From NCBI GenBank assembly GCA_964016885.1, contig OZ024742.1, positions 54,684,001 through 54,748,000 on the forward strand: a DNA stretch of 64,000 nucleotides. Reading direction: 5' to 3'. Source of the stretch: Eledone cirrhosa. Its lineage: Eukaryota. Each line of letters begins with the position of its first letter. Position 1 is the first letter of the stretch. A model generated the notes under the pieces. That model saw nothing but the letters and a program-made list of their open reading frames with translations. It made no database searches and had not been told where the DNA came from. The translations under genes were made by a program, and so were the position numbers. Shown here piece after piece: positions 54,784 through 64,000 of the stretch.

Positions 54784-54957
54784 ATGGCACCATAATAGCA
54801 AGAATGAAGTGTTCATTCTACTGACATGGCTACAAAATTGAGGCTTGTTTGCATAATTGCAAACGAATCGAATGATATTCTTAACATTCGAAAAACTCAG
54901 ATTACATTTATTGTATTCAGCCATGTAGAGCGAAATTTTCTTTTTTATATATCTATA

Positions 54958-55057
<100 letters not shown>

Positions 55058-55084
55058 TGTGAGTGTGTGTGTGTGTGTGTATGT

Positions 55085-55283
55085 ATTAAAATATCAGGTT
55101 AAAGTTTAAGCAAAGAATCACTGCTTTCACCCTTAACAGGATCTTCTGAAGATCACGTTAAGGGTGAAAGCACCGATTCTTTGCTTAAACTTTAATCTGT
55201 TATTTTAATAAATATTTGCTCTAGGGCTCTTATATATTTGATATATATTTATCCTTATCGAGCCCTCTTTCTATTTTAGTCTT
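55085..55283. mobile_element. Short fold-back pLTR of the 21-25 kb PLE family
   Basis: Palindrome centred on ATCTTC-T-GAAGAT (55141-55153); right arm continues to ...ATTATTACTA|(TA)n. Confidence 0.8.
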
Positions 55284-55298
55284 CATTTTTATTATTAT

Positions 55299-55353
<55 letters not shown>

Positions 55354-56156
55354 TTTTTTGTTCTAACTTTAATTTTATACCTAATTGTGTATGGTTGAAG
55401 ATATATTTAATCGATTTCCACGTGCTACTGAAATGATGGGTAAATATGCTATGGCTGTTAAAATAAAGTACCAGTAAGGCACTGGGTAATTGCTGGCCTT
55501 GTGCCTAAAGTAGAAACAATTATTCTTAGTATCACTGCTCCTTATGTAGTGCTAATTTTAGCCCCATATAAACGGCTGTTATTTCTAGCAGAACGAGTAT
55601 GCAGCAGCTAGAAACTGGAAAACCATGTGCGTTAAACAGTCTTTTTAAATATTTTGAAGTGAAGCATACCAATTGTTCAGAGTACTTACTGAGGAGTGCT
55701 GAACGGGGTATTTGGATTTTGAAGTTTAAACTTATCTACGGAACAGGTTTGATTTTGAAATTTAAATTTGTCTAAGTACCACGGCCATTTGCCAATATCG
55801 TTTGTTTTTATTGATTTATTATTTTAAATCGAGATGGCAAACTGTATGATTATAATTAGTATTTTTCAATCTAGCTAACTTAGTCATTTACAATAAAAAC
55901 ACTTATATGTTGGTATTTGTGTTTTATCATATAGATTAATTTATATTAACTTGTATATGTATATATATATGTATATATATATGTATATATGTATATATAT
56001 ATATATGTATATATGTATATATATATATATATGTATATATATATGCATATATATATGTATATATATATATGTATATATATATGCATATATATGTGTATAT
56101 ATATATTATATGTATATATATATATGTATATATATATATGTATATATATATGTTAT

Positions 56157-56210
<54 letters not shown>

Positions 56211-56223
56211 GTATATATATATG

Positions 56224-56275
<52 letters not shown>

Positions 56276-56296
56276 TATATATGTATATATATGTAC

Positions 56297-56345
<49 letters not shown>

Positions 56346-56378
56346 TATATATACATATACATATATATATATGTATAT

Positions 56379-56436
<58 letters not shown>

Positions 56437-56441
56437 TATAT

Positions 56442-56486
<45 letters not shown>

Positions 56487-58029
56487 ACCCCCGAAATACT
56501 GACAAGGGCAGAGCTGCAATCACAATAACAAAACCTTAACGGTAAAGATGTGACCGACCCCTTTGCAGAATGTGCAGCTATTTACTGGAAGTCCATGAAT
56601 TTTACTTCACAGACGGTTCTATCTTAAAATTAAGAACAATATCACGCGTAATTTACGTCATAACATGTCGAGGTTGCCGTGAACATCATATATGACAGAC
56701 ACTCCGACAAATAATGACAATCCACAAACAACAATTTAGGACACCATACATTAGGAAAATGCCCTAGGCAAACATATAGAAGCATGCAGAGGATCTACAC
56801 TAACATATCTTGATTCTTGTACAAATGAGACTATGAAATCACAGAACAAGATAGAATTAATAACGACAAAATGTTTATTCGAAATTTCGAACCAAGTTTA
56901 AACTCACTTACAACATAATTATTTCGCCAACACTTAAAAAATGTAGAGTTACAAATTTAAAAGAATGTATTATCTACAAAAGGATGAATAAACACCACAA
57001 AACAAATTGTATCCCTCCCTTTGGCAAGAAAAGAAGCGACCCAAACCATGCAAAGAGCATGCAGGTGTCCGAACGAAAAGACGATTAAACTTAAAAGGAA
57101 AGGTTTTGAAATTCTAAACCCCAAAAAGCAAGCTTTGCTAAACAACATTTTGTACGCTTTATAAAGTTTCCACTTTTTCATATATATACAAGGTGCGTTT
57201 TCTTTTATTATCGTTTTCCTTATATGACGTGATCTGTATAGATTGTTTTCTAACGTCCACAATTTTCCCGATATATATGTATATATTTATAAGGGAACAT
57301 ACGCGCCTATAGGCAAGTGTCTATGCAACAGGTAGTATTTCTTCCAATGTATATTCTTGCGTTATATATTACGCACAATGAAATATCTCATATATCTAAG
57401 TGTTATATATTATAACATTATTCGACATACTATGTCTTTTTAGACTTTATATATTATTATTATTATTATTCCTGGTTTTATTCTTCAATTTCGTATTTAT
57501 TACTTGGCCGCATAAAAATATACTTTAACGAATATAAGGTTTGCATTTCTGCCAAATCTCCTTATTCACAAGAGGTTTAGAAGGGATATTAATCATACTT
57601 AATTAGTTTTACAATCATATACATATACAGATATCATTTGGACTTAGTCACACCTTTATAGCTTGATTCTCATATAGGTCAGTACACTAATTTATCGATA
57701 TGAACATTAGTATCTACTCTTAGGTACGTTAATATGTGTAATTGCTTATTAAATTGAATTATTAGGACTAAATACATGGTGGGTATGCTGAAAGATAAAT
57801 GTTATGCTCTATTTGAAGGAGGGGACAGGAGAAATATTTGTTCTGTGGATTGCATGTTAATTTTTGGATTCTAGTCGTCGGGTTAGAACATTTGAAGTTT
57901 ATTGGGATAAATAATGTTTTAGGCTGTCGGATTACACCCAGGTCCGTTTTACAATGATATTAAAAGTATAATCATAAAATCATAAAAAATATAAATATAG
58001 TGGGTTTGTGTGTCATAAAATCCCAGTGA

Positions 58030-61000
58030 ATAAGCTATCTTTCTTTATTTGCCACAGGGGTGCACAAAAATGGGATATTATAAGATGTGACGGCGGGGGT
58101 TTTACATAAAATCTTTAGCAATGATAAATAACAATAAACTATATAAAAAATAAAACAATTGAAATTCCCATTCGGGTAACGCTACTGCGGGGTTGTTTTA
58201 CACCCCGTGGATAGAAGAACCCTCAACACCAGGAACACGTTTTGTAGGTGTTCCCGTTTTCCTTCTGTTATATTTCTCAACCTACAGGTTTATATACAGA
58301 TAAAGCTCATTCACTCGGGCCATTTTCGTCACGTTCACCCACGTTTCAGCGAATTTACTGGGGTGTAGCACCTCTCTCTCCACTCTCACCTTCCTTCTGA
58401 AGTGGTACTTAAAGAAGGGGATGAGTTCTTGTCCGGAGAGAAAGGTGCTTGCCCTCAGTCCTTTTAACCTCGTCCACCATATTACCTCTTTCTGCATAGT
58501 TACCAGACAGAGGAAGAACTCTCCTTCATTCATAAATGAAGGCGGCGGGGTGATCCTCACGATGGACGTAGCTGACAACTGGATGCGTCCTACACGTGAC
58601 CGTAGCTATTCAACATAATTCCACAGATCGGTTACTCCTGGGAACTGAAGAATTACGTGCAGAACGGTTTCGATGTCCTGCTCGCTTCTTGGACAGGTCC
58701 TTTTGGCAGGATCTCTGCCAGGGCGTCCGCGCCTATAGATGTTGTCTCGAATTGGTAGAGCTCCTCGCCAGAGACCTCTGGAAGTTACCCATAGGCCCTG
58801 GACGGAAAGTCCTCCCCAACAGACTGGTCAGTTCGTCTTCCTCGATGCCTAGAGTTTCCCCGAGAACGTGGGCGCACTAATCCCCTATAGAATGTCGAAG
58901 TGGAGTCTCCGCTGATTGCCGTTTCCACTTGGTAGAGGGATGTGAGCGCCTGAAGGCACTCAAGGTGCCAGGCACCCATTTTCGGTCTTCGCTTGACCCA
59001 GGACTGCAGCTCTGTTAGTGAGACGAGTTGTGGAAAAGCTCGTCTCACAAACGACAGCCACACCGGTTCGCCGGTCAGGAATATCTGGAGATGGCGTAGC
59101 CTCAGTGCGTGTTTGCGCTTCATCAGCCACGGCATGCCCAGCACTCCGTTAGAAGAGTGTTGACAGCAGATGGGTCTCCTCACCAATGGAGCCTGTTTCT
59201 TCCAGAGGAACTTGAAGAGTAGGCGTTCCATTTTGGTGAGGTATTCGCGGGGACAAGGCACGACTGTCAAGCAGTAGTAGATGACGGACGCTATGTAAGT
59301 GTTCTCCACCTCCGCTCGACCTTTCAAGGAGAGTTTGCACTCAGCCCAATTCTGGGTGTGTGCAAACACCTTCACCGTGACGTCGTTCCAGTTCTTGTCC
59401 ACCTGGAGGTCTGGACTAAACCAGACCCCCGACCAATTTCACCGGTCCTTCCGTCCAGCGTCCAACGACACTGTCGGAAAGCATGGGTTTCCCTCTCCAT
59501 GTGCCGAGTTCCAACCGACATACTTGTAAGGGTTTAGTCTTGCTCCTGACAAAGTTTCGTATTCCTGTAATAGGTTGCCGATTACCCCGATAACCGAGGT
59601 TTTCGACACCATTACGGTTACGTCGTCAGCATAAGCCAGCGCTCGTTTCCGAAGTCCTGGTACGATCGGGATGCAACTTCCGCAGTAATGGCTCGAGAGT
59701 CAGTAGATACACAATGGAAGAGAGAGTGCATCCCCGTAGGATGTAACGCATCATTCGGAATGGCTCCGATAGGTAGCCATTCACCTTGATTGTCGAGCAG
59801 ATGCTGGTGTGCATGGCATCGATCCAGCCTGTGAAGACGGGACCGAAACCAGCCGCCTTGATAACCGCTTCCAAGTATTGATGGTCGACCCTATCAAATA
59901 CCTTAGACTGATCTAAATTAATCAGAGCCCCATCGAAGTCAGGTATACACCATACCCGCTCTATGATGTATCGCATGAGGTGGACGTTGTCGGGTATGGA
60001 CCTGGTGGGGATTGCACATGTTTGCGCTTCCCCTACCAGATTCTCGACTTCAAGCGCCAGCCTGGTTGCTAACAACTTGGCCAAAATCTTTAACTCTGTG
60101 TTGAGCAGAGTTATGGGCCTAAAATTGCTTATCTCATCCCCCTTGTTCTCGTCTTTCCTGATTACCGTTACTACGCCTCTGCCTACAGAACTGGGATTCC
60201 TCCCGTTCTGCTGCCATTAGACCGCTTCGAGGACGCCAGAGAACAAGTCTGGCATGCCTATGTAAAACTCATAGGGTAGATCATCTAAACCGGGTGATTT
60301 GCGTTTCACGCAGCGGCCTAGGGCATCTTCTATTTTGTTTGCTGTGATCGGCCTTTCGCAGCCCTCCACATCCGTACTCCAGAGTCGCCGTACTCTGTGG
60401 AGGTAGGAACTGAAGTCCGTCAACTCGTTCGACGTACAGTTGCCGGAACAGTTGCGCAAAGTGCTGCTGCGAGGCCGTGCACATCTGCTTAGATTCAAGT
60501 AGAATGCATCGATCATTGTCTTGCAAAGACCGAATCGTGGATTTGTTGCCACTTTTCGCCTCTGTCACTCGGGCCCAGCTAATAGCTTTGGCTCCCTCGT
60601 TTCTTAGAGCACGTGTTCTACTTCTGACAATATAACCTTCGTGTTTCACGTTGAAGGACTGGCCTAGTGCCGTTCTCGCCGTTAGCACGTCAGCTGTACT
60701 GCCATTCCTAAGTGCTTCTTCTACTTTAGCTACCAGTTCATTTTCAGTTTTGTTTTTTCCTTGCTAAATGCTATCGATTCTATTCTAATTGCTCTCTTGA
60801 GAGAGCTCCACCACCTGTTGTTGACGATGGCGCCAATCAACTGGCCCTTAACTAAGGTGCTTATCCGTTTACTGTAGGCCTTACGCACCGTGAGCGACAT
60901 GTTTAGCTTCCAGTATCCGTGTCCCTCTCTATGTATTCTATCAAGTTTGACTATGCAGGTGACTAATTTGTGGTCTGAATAGGCAACCATGTACTTCGTG

Positions 61001-63274
61001 GACAGCTTAATGTTTCCTTATCATTCTGCCTAATTAAAAATCTATCTCAATACGATCTAGAAGACCCAGTAGGTTTGCTCAACGTCTACAGTGGTGTACT
61101 TAGAAGTCTAGTCGATATCTATCAGCCAGTTCGAATTGGATGCAGAGATGTTTTAGGCTACTACACCCATCCCCTCTATTATCCTACGTAATCCCAACAT
61201 GCGTCTAAGATGCCATTCCAGTCCCCCGCTAACACTTAAGAGCGAGATGTTCCCAGGAATGGCTCCATACACTTGAAGAACTCTGGTCGCTATGTCCCAG
61301 TTGGGGCATATACGGCCACCAGTCTGAAAGCTCCATCTTCACTACCATTCACGTTCAGGGCCACCAGGCTGCCCTCCGGATCCAAGTGAATCGTCTGTAC
61401 TTTGAGATCCAGATTATTTCGAAACAGAACCCCCCCCCCCCCTCCACCCCCCAGACTGACAGAGAGATGCGTAGATCTCAAAATCATCGAACATGGGGGT
61501 TAGCTGTTCTTGTCGTGAATCCTGGACTCGGTGATAGCTATCACATCTATACAATGTGACCTGAGGTCATTTAAAAACTGGCGCTGTTTCCAGGGCATGC
61601 CCAAGCCACGTACATTCAAACATCCAACTTGTATTGTCGCCATGTTGGTGAAGAAAAGTTAGGAAGAGAAAAGGCAGGAACACTTACCTTTTAGTTTCCT
61701 GGAGGTCGGGTTGTTCGATCTCCATGTCCAGATTGCGGGTGTTTGGGGTGGAAGGGAATCCTTTTAGCAGGATACGGTTAAGGGGTTTTTGGCAAGGGGG
61801 CCTACATCATATGGTAAGGCCCCTTTCAATGTTTCATGTTGTAGGGTTGTTACCCTGATCAGTTTGAGGTTTGGGGGTGGGTCGTTGGTGGGGAAGGTTT
61901 TCCCTTCCGTTTGAATAGTAGGGTCCTTTCGGTCAGTTTCTATTAGTTCTTTGTTGTTTTTATGTATGTGTAATGTGTTTTGTTTTTTATGTGTACTGTT
62001 TCTGTTTGTAGTTTTCTTTTTGTGGTTGGGGTTTGTGATTCTGGTGGTGTGGGTGTTTGCTTTGTTGGTGAAGTGTTTGGTTGGGTTGGTAGTGATTGTG
62101 TTGTTGGTGTGTTTGACGTTTGGGGCGTTGTGTTTATTGTGTGTGCGCCCTTTTCTGTAGATGTTTTTGTTTTTGCGTTGTTTTTGTCTCTTTTTTGTTT
62201 TTTCAATTTTTGGGGTTCCACTTCATCCTCACTTGGAGATGTAGAGGTTCCCGTGTCTGTGACTTCTGAATCAGGGGTAGATGGGAGGGTTATGTTGTGT
62301 CGTGGAGTGTTTGTGCAGGTGTTTGTGGAAGTATTTGAGAGGGAGGGAGGAGGAAATGGAGGGTTTTTCAGTGAGATTTAGTGTGTGTGGTTGTCTCTGG
62401 TCTGTGATGGTGTGGGAGTGGATGTTGCAGGTTTTTGTGTTGTGTTTGGTTTGGGGTGTTGATGTTGGGGTTTTGGTGTTGGTAATAACACCTTGTTTGT
62501 CCTCGGTTTGTTTAAGAGAGGGCAAAAGGCCATTAAGTGTGCGGTTTTCCCACACTTATGGCACTGAGATCTTTTCCCCTCCACTAAAATGGAGATGACA
62601 TCTTCCTCAAGGACGATCCTGTCCGGGATTTTCTCAAATCTGTCTAGCCTCAATTATACCAGAACCTCGATGCAGGTTCCAAACCAGTTATTCCGGTCTG
62701 TTCTGTCTATAGAAAGGAGGGTGTCCTCATTCTTCTTCAGGATGCAGCGTAGGATCGACCTTATGTTGACCTCTGCTGGGATCCTGGTTATTTTTATTTT
62801 GTAGGATATTCTTCCCATGTATGTGGGGAAGAAGATGTGTTGATCCGTTTTTATTGGGTGAACCGAGTGTTTTTGAGCCAGAGTTTCGCTCTTAAAGAGC
62901 ACTGACACACTTCCATAATGTTTAGCTCTTTAGAGGTATGCCACGTCTGGCTTGATATTTTTTAGTGCGTTATGGGTTTTTTGGTAATGATGCCAACTGT
63001 CTGTAGATCACTTTCTTTTTCTGTGTCATCTCTCTTACTTGTGGGGATATGTGTATGTGTGGGGTGTCTTCCTCAAACGTTACATCGTTGGAAACTTCTT
63101 TAAAGTATTTGGACTCTTGTGAAATATCCATGGGGTAATATTTAAAATCCTGTTGCTTAGCAACGGTTGTTGCAAATGAAATTTTGTTATTGTTATTGTT
63201 GGTGGTGATGATGGTCTCATTCGTTGTGTTGCCGCCGATTCCTTTTGTTGTATTGTTGTTGTTCTCATTTATTG

Positions 63275-63310
<36 letters not shown>

Positions 63311-63490
63311 CGCTTGTGGTGGTGTTAGTATTTGCTACACATTCTTCCTTCTGTGTGTGGATACATGTGACGTTTGTGACGTCAGGCGTGTTCAGTTGCT
63401 TACAAGCAACTGAAGCTTGTTCCTCTTCTAAATGTTGAGGCGATAATGTTGGCATTCCTGTGTCCATGTCTGCTACTACCTGCTGGTCAA
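58030..63490 (-). mobile_element. Near full-length, decayed Tx1/L1-clade LINE
   Basis: ORF1 with CCHC knuckle (CHKCGKTAHLMAFC); ORF2 from ATG 61643 (MATIQVGCLNVRGL), VYAP, SDH, WKLN, KSPGLD, DQSKVFDRVDH, LGMP; AATAAA near the 3' end. Confidence 0.85.
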
Positions 63491-63869
63491 GTAAGCATGG
63501 CTTTCCCTCCCATCTTCATGTAACGACAAAGAAGAAAGTGCCTTTGCTTCGGGCATTTTTTGAAATTGAAGTGTTTTGAAAACATATTTTCGAAAATAAT
63601 TTGGATGTTTTTGCCCTGAGGGGCACGATATTTTGGGAGACTAACCAGATCAAAATTTGACCTGTCAGTCCCTCTACACATTGGTATAAACATAAAAGTT
63701 CACAATGACGACTTTCTAAAGAAATTTAAACAAAACTTACCGAGTAAGTTTGACACGTGCCCATCCCAGAATAAGATAGGCGTCAAATAGGATTTAATGG
63801 AGGAAGGGGGGGGGGTGAGGAGTTAGTAATTAATCTATAAATGTTTAATATAAACCCTAGACCCTTACC

Positions 63870-64000
63870 TCCAAGGCTTCTTCTTTTTGGCCAGCCTGAC
63901 TGCTCTCGGGAAGAAAGAGGGTGGCATATACCCCATCACTGTGGGGAATGTCTTCCGGAGGCTGGCTGCCAAGGTGGTCTGCAGGTCCGTCATATCTGAA
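63870..64000 (+). mobile_element. CRE-like RT fragment running off the window
   Basis: FFLASLTALGKKEGGIYPITVGNVFRRLAAKVVCRS (cf. LxALxKxxGGxRPIAVGxxxRRL). Confidence 0.7.

Overview
This is AT-rich, gene-poor animal genomic DNA. The SINE and LINE tails resemble, from memory, those of octopod cephalopods, so the taxon is an inference. The window is almost entirely transposon-derived and saturated with (TA)n microsatellites. It holds at least six Penelope-like (PLE) RT and/or GIY-YIG fragments (Neptune-type Cys linker), one of them near full length. It also holds a CR1-group LINE, a Tx1/L1-type LINE, two CRE-like pieces, RTE tails, a nearly intact Chapaev3-like DNA transposon, Helitron pieces, a long-TIR element and two tRNA-derived SINE families. 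The strongest hidden signal is about 25 type-I hammerhead-ribozyme folds from about 12 sequence families, most lying next to (TA)n tracts. Many have non-canonical cores (U3-A8, U4C, U4A), palindromic stem III or greatly enlarged stem II, and many sit in fold-back (inverted) PLE structures. A small convergent cassette (SGNH-hydrolase fragment plus SPOP/BACK-like exon) at 16.6-17.5 kb is the only candidate non-TE coding sequence. All folds and alignments were done by eye, and coordinates may be off by a few bases.
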